Below, piece by piece: positions 1 through 10,800 of a stretch of 47,656 nt of DNA. The position numbers and the translations under genes were made by a program. Positions within the stretch are counted from its first letter, which is position 1. Each line of letters opens with the position of its first letter. The DNA comes from Tidjanibacter sp. (GTDB lineage: Bacteria > Bacteroidota > Bacteroidia > Bacteroidales > Rikenellaceae), in assembly GCA_045633765.1 (NCBI GenBank), contig JAZQZA010000049.1:1-47656 (forward strand), read 5' to 3'. The notes beneath the pieces were generated by a model. That model searched no databases, was not told where the DNA came from, and saw nothing but the letters and a program-made list of their open reading frames with translations.

Positions 1-57
1 GTCGAGGAGGTTATTCCCAAACTATTGGAGTGTTATAGGGCAGTACGCAACAGATAA
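1..57 (+). CDS. etfA: 3' end of electron transfer flavoprotein alpha subunit (partial)
   Basis: Frame 1 reads VEEVIPKLLECYRAVRNR*, resembling the Bacteroidales EtfA C-terminus (..VEEV.PK....Y). It lies directly upstream of an acyl-CoA dehydrogenase, as in etfB-etfA-acd operons. Confidence 0.6.
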   Translation, partial: VEEVIPKLLECYRAVRNR

Positions 58-73
58 AAAAACAGAGAGAAGA

Positions 74-2218
74 ATGGCCAATTTTTTCAACGATACTCCC
101 CAGCTTGCACACTATCTCGACCACCCCTTGGTGGAGCGCACCGCGCAACTCAAGGAGCGAGATTTCACCGAGATTGCAAACTTCGACTTTGCACCCGTAG
201 ATACCGCCGATGCCATCGACTCCTACAAGCGAGTCTTGGGCATTGTGGGTGAGCTGTGTGCCGAGCAGATTGCCCCCCAAGCCTTCAGCGTCGATCAGAA
301 GGGCCCCTCGCTTCGCAAGGGACACGTTAGCTACTCACCCGCAACGACAACCCAATTGGAGGTTGTGCGACAAGCGGGAATTATGGGTATGACAATGCCG
401 AGGCGCTACGGAGGACTCAACTTCCCCACCCTCCCCTTTATGATGGCCGCCGAGATGATCAGCTCGGCCGATGCGAGCCTTCAGAATGTGTGGGGTCTGC
501 AATCCTGCGCCGAGACACTCAAGGAGTTTGCCTCACCCGAGCAGGCGGAGCGTTATCTGCCGAGAGTGTGCGCAGGTGAGACGATGTCAATGGACCTCAC
601 GGAGCCCGATGCGGGCAGCGACCTTCAGAGCGTAATGCTCCGAGCCACCTACGACGAAAAGGAGGAGTGCTGGAGGCTCAATGGCGTCAAGCGTTTCATC
701 ACCAATGGCGACGCCGACATCCACCTTGTTTTGGCACGCAGCGAGGATGGCAGCCGAGATGGCCGTGGCCTCTCGATGTTCATCTACGACAAGCAAAACG
801 GAGGTATGACCGTCAGGCGCATCGAGCGCAAAATGGGCATTAAGGGTTCGCCTACTTGCGAGCTCGTATTCCGCAATGCCAAGGCCGAGTTGTGCGGTTC
901 ACGCCGCCTGGGACTCATCAAGTATGTGATGTCGCTTATGAACAGTGCTCGCTTGGGTATTGCTGCACAATCGGTCGGCATTTCGCAAGCCTCATTCAAG
1001 GAAGCAAGCACCTATGCGCTTGAGAGAAAGCAGTTTGGCAAACGCATCATAGAGTTTCCGGCAGTGCGCGAAATGGTGGATAATATCGAAGCCAAGCTCC
1101 ACGCCTCACGCGCCATACTCTACGAGACAGGACGCTTTGTGGACCTCTACAAAACCCTCTCGGAACTCTCCTCCGAGAGAGAGCTAACCCCCGAGGAGAA
1201 GGACGAGATGAAGTTCTACTCCAGGCTCGCCGACAGCCTCACACCTCTGGCAAAAGGTATGTCGGGCGAGTATGCCAACCAGAATGCCTATGACTGCGTG
1301 CAGGTACACGGCGGTAGTGGCTATATGAGCGACTACACCTGTGAGCGACTCTATCGTGATGCGCGCATCACAACCATATATGAAGGTACAACACAGATGC
1401 AGGTTGTGGCGGCCATAAAGAGCGTCACCAGCGGTCAGTATGGCGCAATGATTGCCAACTACGACGCCATAACCCTAACCAACAAGACTCTCCACCCACT
1501 GAGGGAGCGTCTGCGCAATATGACCTCCCACTATCGCAGTGCGGTAGCCACGGTTGCAGCCCGCGAGAGTCAGGAACATCTGGACTTTATGGCTCGCAGG
1601 CTTGTGGAGATGGCCGGCTCAATAATTATGGGCTACCTCACACTCCTCGATGCCGACAAACGCCCCGAGCTCTTTGCTCGCTCGGCCACAAACTACATCG
1701 CCTTTGCCGAGGCCGAGGTCGCCAAGCACTATTTCTACATTCAGAGCTACCGCATCCCTGACACCTCCGAGGAGCAGAACACTCACCGAGAGGGAGAGGT
1801 TGTGCGTGAAGAGATTAAAGAATTCCTTCCACATAGGGAGCCTATGTTGTTGGTAGACAGAATGTGGCGCGAGGGCGATGAGGTCGTGGGCGAATACACC
1901 GTCAGGGGCAACGAGTTCTTCGTTCAGGGCCACTTCCCCGGTAATCCCATTGTACCCGGTGTGATTCTCTGCGAGATTGTAGGACAGTGTGGCTCGCTAC
2001 TTGTGGCCGACCAGCTCAAAAACCGCACACCCCTCTACACCTCGTTTGAAAGCGCACGCTTCAAGCGCAAAGTGAAGGTGGGTGACACACTCACCGTTCG
2101 CTCCCACATAATTCGTCGCCGCGGCTCGCTCTTCTTCATCGACGCCACAGCAAACGTGGGCGACGAGGTTGCTTGCTCGGTAAAACTCGCCTTTATGATT
2201 GTAGACAACAACTCATAA
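74..2218 (+). CDS. Acyl-CoA dehydrogenase (Bacteroidales type) fused to a C-terminal FabZ/FabA-like 3-hydroxyacyl dehydratase domain
   Basis: ACAD motifs MDLTEPDAGSD, LNGVKRFITNG, RKQFGK, QVHGGSGY and RITTIYEGT. From about aa 577 the hotdog-fold FabZ motifs LPHREPMLLVD and GHFPGNPIVPGVILCE follow in the same frame. Confidence 0.88.
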   Translation: MANFFNDTPQLAHYLDHPLVERTAQLKERDFTEIANFDFAPVDTADAIDSYKRVLGIVGELCAEQIAPQAFSVDQKGPSLRKGHVSYSPATTTQLEVVRQAGIMGMTMPRRYGGLNFPTLPFMMAAEMISSADASLQNVWGLQSCAETLKEFASPEQAERYLPRVCAGETMSMDLTEPDAGSDLQSVMLRATYDEKEECWRLNGVKRFITNGDADIHLVLARSEDGSRDGRGLSMFIYDKQNGGMTVRRIERKMGIKGSPTCELVFRNAKAELCGSRRLGLIKYVMSLMNSARLGIAAQSVGISQASFKEASTYALERKQFGKRIIEFPAVREMVDNIEAKLHASRAILYETGRFVDLYKTLSELSSERELTPEEKDEMKFYSRLADSLTPLAKGMSGEYANQNAYDCVQVHGGSGYMSDYTCERLYRDARITTIYEGTTQMQVVAAIKSVTSGQYGAMIANYDAITLTNKTLHPLRERLRNMTSHYRSAVATVAARESQEHLDFMARRLVEMAGSIIMGYLTLLDADKRPELFARSATNYIAFAEAEVAKHYFYIQSYRIPDTSEEQNTHREGEVVREEIKEFLPHREPMLLVDRMWREGDEVVGEYTVRGNEFFVQGHFPGNPIVPGVILCEIVGQCGSLLVADQLKNRTPLYTSFESARFKRKVKVGDTLTVRSHIIRRRGSLFFIDATANVGDEVACSVKLAFMIVDNNS

Positions 2219-2238
2219 TCCCCCCTATTGAAAAACAG

Positions 2239-2274
2239 AAAAGAGGCTCGCAGCATTGTGCGAGCCTCTTTTTT
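2239..2274. terminator. Bidirectional intrinsic terminator
   Basis: AAAAGAGGCTCGCA-gcattg-TGCGAGCCTCTTTT hairpin with A/T tails, between convergent genes. Confidence 0.85.
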
Positions 2275-2300
2275 GTTTGGTAGTTTCGGGAAAAACCCTA

Positions 2301-3191
2301 CTACTTTGTGATATGAACATCCATCTGGGGGAAGGGGAAGTTGACACCCTTGGCGGGGAGCTGTTTATAGACCTTCTCCAGAGTGTCGTGATAGATACCC
2401 CAGTAGTCGCTGCTCTTGGCCCAAACCCTGACGGTGATATTAACGGCGCTGTCACCCAACGAGCCGAGTGCCACAAAGGGTGCAGGATCTTTCTCAATGC
2501 GCTCATCGGCAGCAAGAATCTCCAAAATAGCAGCACGAGCCACATCGTAGTCGTCACCATAGGCAATCGAAATGCTCCAATCCACGCGGCGACGGCTCTC
2601 GGCCGAGAAGTTGTTGATGATGTTATTCACAATGGGGCCATTGGGCAGAGTAATCAGCTTATTGTCAACGGTATTGATAACAGTGTTGAAGAGTTTAATC
2701 TCCTTAACCGAGCCCTCAATGCCCTGTGTCTGGATGTAGTCACCGATGCGGAAAGGACGCAAAAGGAGAATCATAACGCCACCTGCGAAGTTCTGCAGTG
2801 TGCCGCTCAGTGCCATACCTATTGCAACGCCGACCGAAGCGAGCAGTGCAACGAACGAGGAGGTGTCAATGCCAAGGCGACGAACAATTGAGATGATGAC
2901 AACCACATAGAGCGCTGCCCTGATGATTGAACGGATGAACTTGGCAAGCGAGATCTCCACACTCTTGCGCTCAAACAGGCGTTTGAGCAGTCGGTCGATG
3001 TAGCGGATAATCCAGCGAGCAACGACATAAATCGCAATGCAAATGAGGACATCCCAGAAGAAACCAGCAAGTCCTTTAGTAACAAAACCGAGTGCCTCCT
3101 GGAAGGGCATCTCCTTAATCTGTTCTACGGTAGCCGTGATGTTGTTGGCCAACGAATCCACCTGAATAGGGTCTACTTGTAGAAATTTCAT
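2301..3191 (-). CDS. mscS: Small-conductance mechanosensitive channel MscS family
   Basis: Three TM helices, motif GVAIGMALSGTLQNFAGGVMILLLRPFRIGDYI and C-terminal FPFPQMDVH. ATG at 3191 chosen over the upstream TTG. Confidence 0.9.
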   Translation of the reverse strand: MKFLQVDPIQVDSLANNITATVEQIKEMPFQEALGFVTKGLAGFFWDVLICIAIYVVARWIIRYIDRLLKRLFERKSVEISLAKFIRSIIRAALYVVVIISIVRRLGIDTSSFVALLASVGVAIGMALSGTLQNFAGGVMILLLRPFRIGDYIQTQGIEGSVKEIKLFNTVINTVDNKLITLPNGPIVNNIINNFSAESRRRVDWSISIAYGDDYDVARAAILEILAADERIEKDPAPFVALGSLGDSAVNITVRVWAKSSDYWGIYHDTLEKVYKQLPAKGVNFPFPQMDVHITK

Positions 3192-3242
3192 AGTGTTATA
3201 AAATTTGAAAGTTAGTATGTTCAACTACACAAGGGGTTTACT

Positions 3243-4748
3243 TTAGCCTACATTGATAAACTTTTCAACCAAGGACTTAATCAGCTCGGGATTGCCGCTG
3301 AGTTCCTCACGAAGGTTCTTATCCTCGTGGGTGCGGAGCATCTTAATCCAGCCATCAATCAGGCTGCTGCCAAAGACACCCTTCGACTCAAAAATATCGC
3401 GTTTAGCCTCCAGAGCATCAGCCGACACAGCGCACGAATCGGGCAGATGAGCCAACCTCTCGGCAATGGCCTTATGCTCCTCGTGGAAGATATTAACGCC
3501 CACATACCTCTCCTCGGCATAGGCAACAGGATTCTCCATCTCGAAGCCGTGACGAGCAGCTGCCACAAGACCTGCCAAGAGCAGATAGATATCTGCCGAG
3601 CCATCGGGACAACGGAACTCTACGGTCTGTTTGTCGGTAGCCTCCTTAACCTCGAAGTTGGCACCGGGGTTGGCATCCTTAATCATCTCGCCAGCACCAC
3701 CTGTCCATCCCAGAGGCACGCGCACGAGTACCGAACGGTTCCTGTCGCCCCAGCAGATATTGGTGGGAGCCTCCTGATGGGGAACAAGACGGAGGTAGGA
3801 GGTGGGATTGGTATTACCGAAGGCGGTGAGGGCGTCGGCCGAGTCGAGAATACCGGCAATGACGGTCTTGGCAACATCGCTCAACTTGCCATCGGCAAGG
3901 TACATATTCTTACCATCCTTAACCACCTTGGTATGGATATGCAGACCACTACCAGCCTTACCCACAGTAATCTTGGGAGCGAAGGTGAGCAGCACACCAT
4001 AGCGGTAGGAGATCTCGCGCAGAATCCATTTTGCAATAAGGAGCTGGTCGGCAGCCTCCTCAACATCAACGGGCAGGAACTCAATCTCGTTCTGCTCATA
4101 CATCATACCATCCACGGCAAAGTTACCAACCTCGCTGTGGCCGTATTTAATCTTACCACCCGCCTCGGCAATGGCCTTCATAGCCTCACGACGCATATCG
4201 CCCCACTTGCAGAAAGGACCGCTCTCGTGGTAACCGCGCTGGTCGGGGGTGATATAGAGGTCATCTACCTCGCTGACAACATAGTACTCCAGCTCGCCCA
4301 TTGCGTGGAACTCCATACCTGTAAGTTTTTTGAACTCGTTGTGGGCGCGGTGGAGTGCCTGATCGGGAGCCGAAGCAAAGGGTTTGCCGTCCTTATCGTA
4401 GTAGCCACAAAGGATGTCGAGTGTGGGAATCTCGCTAAAGGGATTGAGGAAAGCAGTGCGGTAGCGAGGAATCACATAGAGATCGCTGGCACCTGCCTGC
4501 ACAAAGTTGGGGAAGAGGCTCGAGCCATCCACACGCTCACCATAGGTGAGAATAGTGTCGAGATAGTCGAGGTCGTTAATTATGAAGTTGAGCGACTTGA
4601 GCCTGCCATCTGCTGCTGCATAACGGAAGTTAATCATCTCAATACCGTTCTCAACAACGAAGCGGATGATGTCCTCTTTGGTAAACTCTCTGGGCTCTTT
4701 CTGAAGGAATCTCACCAGAGGATTGGGGTGAATTGCGTATTTGTCCAT
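3243..4748 (-). CDS. glnA: Glutamine synthetase family protein (GSI-like)
   Basis: Motifs DGSS, GELEYY, HSEVG, GKAGSGLHIH, SYLRLVPHQEAP, NRSVLVRVP and EFRCPD. Confidence 0.9.
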   Translation of the reverse strand: MDKYAIHPNPLVRFLQKEPREFTKEDIIRFVVENGIEMINFRYAAADGRLKSLNFIINDLDYLDTILTYGERVDGSSLFPNFVQAGASDLYVIPRYRTAFLNPFSEIPTLDILCGYYDKDGKPFASAPDQALHRAHNEFKKLTGMEFHAMGELEYYVVSEVDDLYITPDQRGYHESGPFCKWGDMRREAMKAIAEAGGKIKYGHSEVGNFAVDGMMYEQNEIEFLPVDVEEAADQLLIAKWILREISYRYGVLLTFAPKITVGKAGSGLHIHTKVVKDGKNMYLADGKLSDVAKTVIAGILDSADALTAFGNTNPTSYLRLVPHQEAPTNICWGDRNRSVLVRVPLGWTGGAGEMIKDANPGANFEVKEATDKQTVEFRCPDGSADIYLLLAGLVAAARHGFEMENPVAYAEERYVGVNIFHEEHKAIAERLAHLPDSCAVSADALEAKRDIFESKGVFGSSLIDGWIKMLRTHEDKNLREELSGNPELIKSLVEKFINVG

Positions 4749-4807
4749 AGTCTTTAGTTTAATTATTTTAGGTATTTGTCATTTATGTTGAATCTTTCTC
4801 TGCTCTA

Positions 4808-4815
4808 CAAAGTTA
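4808..4815 (-). promoter_or_regulatory. Bacteroidetes -7 promoter box for glnA-mscS
   Basis: TAACTTTG on the minus strand matches TAnnTTTG, about 60 nt upstream of the glnA start. Confidence 0.6.
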
Positions 4816-4895
4816 CAAATAATAGGGGAAACTTGTAACCTCTCCATCGGATTTTTTTGCACGAGGGCCCATCAATTCTCTTTGGAGATAGATGA

Positions 4896-7808
4896 TTATT
4901 CGTCGGTGTTCTCTGCTCGACGACACAAGTTCTTGAAATCGCAATAGGCGCATATTTCCTTCTCTTCATCGGTGGCAACAAAGGGCACCTCCGGCGAGAA
5001 CAACTCTCCAAGCAACTCTTTGAGGCCCGCCTCAAAATCCTCTGCGTAGTCGGCATAGCTATTGACGGTATGACCACTACTTTTGTCATTCAGCAGGGGT
5101 GTATAATCCTTCTTATTCAGATAGCGGACATAGTAGAGCGAAGGTGTTACACCTCGTCCCTCGAGCTTACCCTCTTCCTGCAAACGCGTCACAACCATCG
5201 AATAGATTAGCGTCTGCATCACAGCGCCATTGCGGCCCGAAGGTATACGCGAGAGCAATTTCTGAAGCCCCTCAAACTCCTTATGCATCGAGCCCGTCTT
5301 GTAATCGACAACCCTCAGCGACCCGTCGGGCATCTTATCGAGTCGGTCTGCAAGGCCGGAGAACATCACACTCTTTCCCTCCTCAAACTCAAACTCGCAC
5401 TCTATAGGCTCCTCCAGGCGATAGACCTTGAAATCACATCTTTCAGTCGCAGAATCAAAGGGTACGACAAACTCCACGATGTACCTTTCAACCGTATTGG
5501 CCACGACCACCAGATTGCCACCATACTCCTCCTCGGGCACCTCTTCGCCGGCGAAGTATTTATCCGTAATGGCTGCAATAACCACACGATGAATATCCTC
5601 TCTCGTCACACCCGACAGATACTCCTTCGGAGAGAGTCCGCACTCAACCATAGGCGTATAGAGCAGCTCAATGGCCTTGTGGAAAATTGTACCAAAGAGT
5701 GCATTATCCACCCCCTCCTCAATCTCGTTATCGACTTTCAGACCGGCCACCGAGCGGTAATAGAAGCGCAGTGTACAATCCATATAGGCATTCAGGGCCG
5801 AGGGCGAGAGTATTTTTCTTTCACCATCTTCGGTATCTCTGAGGAATCGCTCCAGGCGACGCATCACATCGGGGCTCTTCTCCACCCTCAGGACATTATC
5901 ACCCGCAAAGCCCACATTGAGGCTCTTTTCGATGCGGTTCAATGTGTGGGGGCTCTCGAAGTCGAGCTGATATATGTAGCGGCTCTGCTCACCTGTGGAT
6001 CTATCCATCGGCACAGAGCAATGGACCATATCAACCCTGCGTGCTCGCTGTATGAGGCGATAGAAATAGTAGGCATAGACACCCTCGTTGTGACGCGGTG
6101 TGGGCAGTCCGTAGGCAAAGCGCAGATTGTAGGGAATAAACGAGATGTCGGTAAGTCGTCCCGAAGGGAAATTATCGTCATTCATCGACAGCAACACAAC
6201 ATTCTCGAAGTCCAAATTTCGCGTTTCGAGGATACCCATAACCTGAACACCACTCAAAGGCTCGCCACTGTAGGGGATTCGCACACTCTGCATCACCCTT
6301 CGCAGGAGCGCCACATAGGTCGAGGGGTGCATCTCCACCTGACACCTTTGCAGCGAGTTGTCACACTTCACAATGGCATCCGAAACGAGTCCCAAAGCCT
6401 CCCTGCGGAGTGCTCTGCGATCGTCGCTCTCGAATGGAATCTCCACCTTTGCCACAAGGCCAAGCACCCCAAGCAGATAATCCTTGAGTGCCTTCCATTC
6501 GGCACAACGACTGAAGATTACATCCAAAACGGGGAGTCTGCCCACAAGGTGTTCGCTATCGACATACATCCTTCCCCTGCGCATCACTCCCTCTCGCATT
6601 TTGCCACACACGGCCCCGTCAAGAGCCATCACAAAGGGGTGACCGAGCAACCCCTCGACATCCTTATAGTAGAATGATACTTTACCCACCTTGGACTCTC
6701 TGGCTCGCAGTTGCATCTGGAGCAAACGCTCCGTGAAACTATACACGAGCGTTGAGCGTAGCGGATAGCCCATAGTAACATTCACGCTCCCGACAGAATC
6801 GGGCAACGAGTAGAGCAAGGGCGAGAGCAGACTCTCGTCCGTGAGCACAATGGCGGTATTTTTATCTATCTTGCCATCCTTAGTCAAGACATCTTCGACG
6901 AACTCGCCCACATATTTACATTGGAGCGAGGAGGAGGCTGTGGAGATAACATTCATCTGCTTGGGTTGCGAAAAGCGACTCTCCAGATGGAATGAGGAAG
7001 GGGCCGGATAGCGGAGCAAGTTCTCCCTCACAAAGAGTCCCGCCTCCTGCTTGTCGTCCTTGAGATAGTAGTCGTCCCAATCCCAATAGAAGTCGGCCTC
7101 GTGGGCATTTTTGAGGTGGTCGAAAAGCACCTTCTCGGAGGCCGAGAGCGCATTGAAACCGATAACCACATAGCCACCCTCGGGAAGCGCAGCCTGGTCA
7201 CTTTGCAACCTCTCCACCGCACGACGATATATCATTCCCGAATAGCCCACGCCTAGGCTCTCCAACCTCTCGCGCAAGCGCTGGTAGATGGGGAGCAGCG
7301 AACGCCACAGGGTTACAAACTTGGTCTTATGTTCGGAGCGTTTCCTGTCGGCCTCAAACTCTCGCCAAAAGCGCCTAACGACCTGCAACTGTTCGGCATT
7401 AAGATAGGACTCCAGGTCGGCATCAATATCCTTCACATCTGCAATGTTGGCAAAGAGCATTGAGGCATCGATGAGATATTTATCCACCGAGTCGTAGTCG
7501 CCAAGCAACACCTCGCCCCAATGGTAGAAGGCGTCGAAACTCTCTTTGGGGTGATACTCCGAATAAATTTTGAAGAGTTCCGTTATGGCCACAATCGAAT
7601 CGACCCTCTCGAGCCCCGAGAGTGCCACCATCAGCGAATCAATCGACAGATATTCGGGTGCCCAGATGGGCTTGGAGGCAACACGCGAGAGAGCATCCAC
7701 AAAAAACACCCTCGTTCTCACATTGGGAAGAATAACCTTCAGTTCCCCTACTCTGTCTCCGTAGCGCTGCCATAGGTCGGCAGCAACCTGTTCCAAAAAT
7801 TTCTCCAT
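4896..7808 (-). CDS. addB: AddB-like inactive-helicase / PD-(D/E)XK nuclease subunit
   Basis: Degenerate helicase N-terminus (LPNVR, VQVMGILETRNLDF). C-terminal nuclease motifs LSPSALNAYMDC, GLADRLD and VVDYKTG, plus CAYCDFKNLC (Fe-S cysteines). Confidence 0.8.
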   Translation of the reverse strand: MEKFLEQVAADLWQRYGDRVGELKVILPNVRTRVFFVDALSRVASKPIWAPEYLSIDSLMVALSGLERVDSIVAITELFKIYSEYHPKESFDAFYHWGEVLLGDYDSVDKYLIDASMLFANIADVKDIDADLESYLNAEQLQVVRRFWREFEADRKRSEHKTKFVTLWRSLLPIYQRLRERLESLGVGYSGMIYRRAVERLQSDQAALPEGGYVVIGFNALSASEKVLFDHLKNAHEADFYWDWDDYYLKDDKQEAGLFVRENLLRYPAPSSFHLESRFSQPKQMNVISTASSSLQCKYVGEFVEDVLTKDGKIDKNTAIVLTDESLLSPLLYSLPDSVGSVNVTMGYPLRSTLVYSFTERLLQMQLRARESKVGKVSFYYKDVEGLLGHPFVMALDGAVCGKMREGVMRRGRMYVDSEHLVGRLPVLDVIFSRCAEWKALKDYLLGVLGLVAKVEIPFESDDRRALRREALGLVSDAIVKCDNSLQRCQVEMHPSTYVALLRRVMQSVRIPYSGEPLSGVQVMGILETRNLDFENVVLLSMNDDNFPSGRLTDISFIPYNLRFAYGLPTPRHNEGVYAYYFYRLIQRARRVDMVHCSVPMDRSTGEQSRYIYQLDFESPHTLNRIEKSLNVGFAGDNVLRVEKSPDVMRRLERFLRDTEDGERKILSPSALNAYMDCTLRFYYRSVAGLKVDNEIEEGVDNALFGTIFHKAIELLYTPMVECGLSPKEYLSGVTREDIHRVVIAAITDKYFAGEEVPEEEYGGNLVVVANTVERYIVEFVVPFDSATERCDFKVYRLEEPIECEFEFEEGKSVMFSGLADRLDKMPDGSLRVVDYKTGSMHKEFEGLQKLLSRIPSGRNGAVMQTLIYSMVVTRLQEEGKLEGRGVTPSLYYVRYLNKKDYTPLLNDKSSGHTVNSYADYAEDFEAGLKELLGELFSPEVPFVATDEEKEICAYCDFKNLCRRAENTDE

Positions 7809-7832
7809 AGCGTAAAGGTAGTTATTTTTTTG

Positions 7833-7840
7833 TAAGTTTG
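7833..7840 (+). promoter_or_regulatory. -7 promoter box for addA-like gene
   Basis: TAAGTTTG matches TAnnTTTG, 45 nt upstream of ATG 7886. Confidence 0.55.
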
Positions 7841-7885
7841 CCAAAAAATTTCTACCTTTATCAAATAATTATTTGATTTTCTACT

Positions 7886-10800
7886 ATGGGAAGAGTTGAT
7901 ATATTGAGTGCGTCGGCCGGCTCGGGCAAGACATACCGTCTGGCTTTTAGTTACATAAAAAGGCTTCTGGAGGAGCCCTATGACTATCGCCATATCCTCG
8001 CCGTAACCTTTACCAACAAGGCAACCGACGAGCTCAAAGGCCGAATACTCAAACAACTCAATGCGCTAGCCAGCGGCACCAAGAGCGACTTTGACGCCGA
8101 CCTCAAAAAGGAGAACTATGACCTTGAGAAGGTAAGAGCTAACGCATCACTCGCCCGCAACCTCATCCTCCACGACTACAACAACTTTGCGGTGATGACC
8201 ATCGACAAGTTCTTCCAGAGGGTTATGAGGGCCTTCGTTAGGGAGATTGGCGTGGAGCTCAACTTCAACCTCGAGATTAAGACCGAATCCCTGCTGGAGC
8301 AAGCAGCCGACCTGATGATTGAGAGAATCATTGAGGACGAAACCCTCTATGCTTGGGTGATGGACTACATTGGCGAACAGATGAACGAGAACCGTTCGTG
8401 GAACATCAAAGACGCCATCATCAAAATTGGCAAACAGCTCTTCAAAGAGGAGTATCGCCACGCCCAGATTACCTCCGACGACAAACCCGAGCTCGCACGC
8501 CTGCAACAGGCTGCCCGTGCAGAGGCTGTCATTACTGCCCAAGCATACAAAGAAGAGGGAGAAAAGTTTGTGGCCCTGATGGACGCTCACGGACTCACTC
8601 CCGGCAACTTCAAGGATGGATACCGCAGTAGTGTTGCCATACTTGCACAGAAGATAGCCGCAGGAGAGATTGCCGAGCCCAAAAACACGGCCTACAATGC
8701 ATTAAAGGGCGAATGGCACAAGCAAGGTAAAGATCCGGCCTACGCAGTCATCGACTCCATTGCCGACCAGCTCACCCCCATTGTGCAGAAAATCATCAAT
8801 CTCTACCCATCGGCCAACAGGGCTAAAAACACAAATGACATCATCAGCACCCGCTACCGCGACTTTGCCCTTCTGGCCGACCTGCGTAGCTGCATAGACG
8901 ATATATGCTCCAAGGAGGATATACTTCCTCTGGCCGATGTGAGCGACATCATCTCTCGCCTTGTGAGCAACAACGACGCTCCATTCATCTACGAGAAGGC
9001 GGGCAATCGCTACGACTACTTTATGATTGACGAGTTTCAGGACACCTCGGCCCAGCAGTGGAGCAACTTCGTACCCCTGCTACACAATGCACTCTCGCAG
9101 AGCCAAAAGAATCCCGTACTACTCGTTGGCGACATCAAGCAATCCATCTATCGTTGGCGTGGTGGCGACTGGACTCTCCTTTCACGCGGTGTGAGGGAGG
9201 AGTTTGGCGATGTCCACGAGGAGCCAATGGTCATCAATCGACGCAGTAGCCGCAATGTTGTGGAGTTCAACAACCGCCTGACGGAGGTTGGCGTAGAGTA
9301 CATTGCAGAGAATCTAAACACAGAATTGGAACAAGCCCTCAAAGATGAGAACATAACCCCGCAAGTGGCTGCCGACTTTTCAAGGATGGTGGGCGAGGCA
9401 TACTGCAACTTCAAGCAGGAGCAGAAGCCCGATGCAGAGGAGGGATATGTGAGCGTTGCGGCCTTCGACAAAGACAACATCTTGGGCAAAGTCGTTGAAC
9501 GCATCGAGGAGTTACAGGAGAGAGGCTACAGGGCCAAGGATATTGCCATTCTCGTTCGCAACAACAAAGAGGGAGCCGAAATAGCCTCCCACATTTTGGC
9601 GCACAAGAACAACCCCGAGCGCAACCCCAAGTATACTTTCGATGTGGTTACCGAGGAGGCGTTGTCAATAAGCAGTTCATCGGCCGCGAGGTTTATAATA
9701 TCCTGCCTGACAATGTGTTCGACACCTTCCGACAACATTGCCCCAGCCATCTACAACGAATACTTCGGACGCCCCATAGGCGAGCCACTCTCACCCGAGG
9801 AGCAGGAGTTCATCTACTCCATTTCGCTTCTCCAACCCGAGGAGGCATTCAATGAGATACTGCTCCACTACCCAACCTTGAATTTTGCAAGCGAGGTGCC
9901 CTACATTCAGGCCCTCCACAACCAAATCATAAACTTCACCTCGAAGAACATTACCGACACCGCCCTTTTCATCAAGCAATGGAACGCGAGTGGTCACAAG
10001 GAGTCCGTGGCACTACCACAGGATGCCGATGCGATAACCATCTCCACCATCCACAAATCCAAGGGCTTGGGATACCCTGCGGTGATTATTCCGAGTTGCG
10101 GTTGGAGCATACGCCCCAAAGGCCAATCAACATTTTGGGTTGCTCCCAACACCCCCCTGTCGGACAAGATAACCAAGTTTCCGGCCAACATATCAGCCGC
10201 CGTTGGTCAGAGTAAGTTTTCGCACAGCTACTTCTCCGAGCTCACAATGTCGGCCATTGACTCGCTCAACATCCTCTATGTAGCCATCACAAGGGCCATC
10301 CGTGAGCTCCATATAATAATACCCTCCAAATATGACAAAAACAGCATTGCCAATGTTGTCACAGAGGCTATTGGGGTAGAGAAGGATGGCGAGGTGCGAG
10401 AGTTTGGCACGCCCGAGAGATACTCCTCGCCGAGCCTCCGCACACCATCGCTCTCTATGTTTGCCACCCACTCACCCTCAAACAAGGTGGCCGTGAGATA
10501 CACCCACCAACGCTACGATGAGGAGAGCCGAGGCGACCATCTGGCTCCACGCGACTTCGGCGTGATGATGCACCGCGCAATGGAGAATGCCAAAACAAGG
10601 GAGGATATCGAGCGTGAGATTGCCCGCAGCGTGACCGACGGCGTCATCACCGCCGAGGAGGCCACCATTTTGAGCCAGAAGATAGAGTCGGCCCTTGCCG
10701 AATATGGTGTTCAAGAGTGGTTCGACGGCTCGTGGCAGATGGTCAGAAGCGAGTGTGAGATTGTGGAGTGTGGCCGTTCGTGGAGGCCCGACAGGGTTAT

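Noticed and set aside
4896-7808. PD-(D/E)XK nuclease with Fe-S cysteines as Cas4 or an anti-phage nuclease
   Set aside because: Its size, degenerate helicase N-terminus and adjacent AddA-like gene fit housekeeping AddAB repair.
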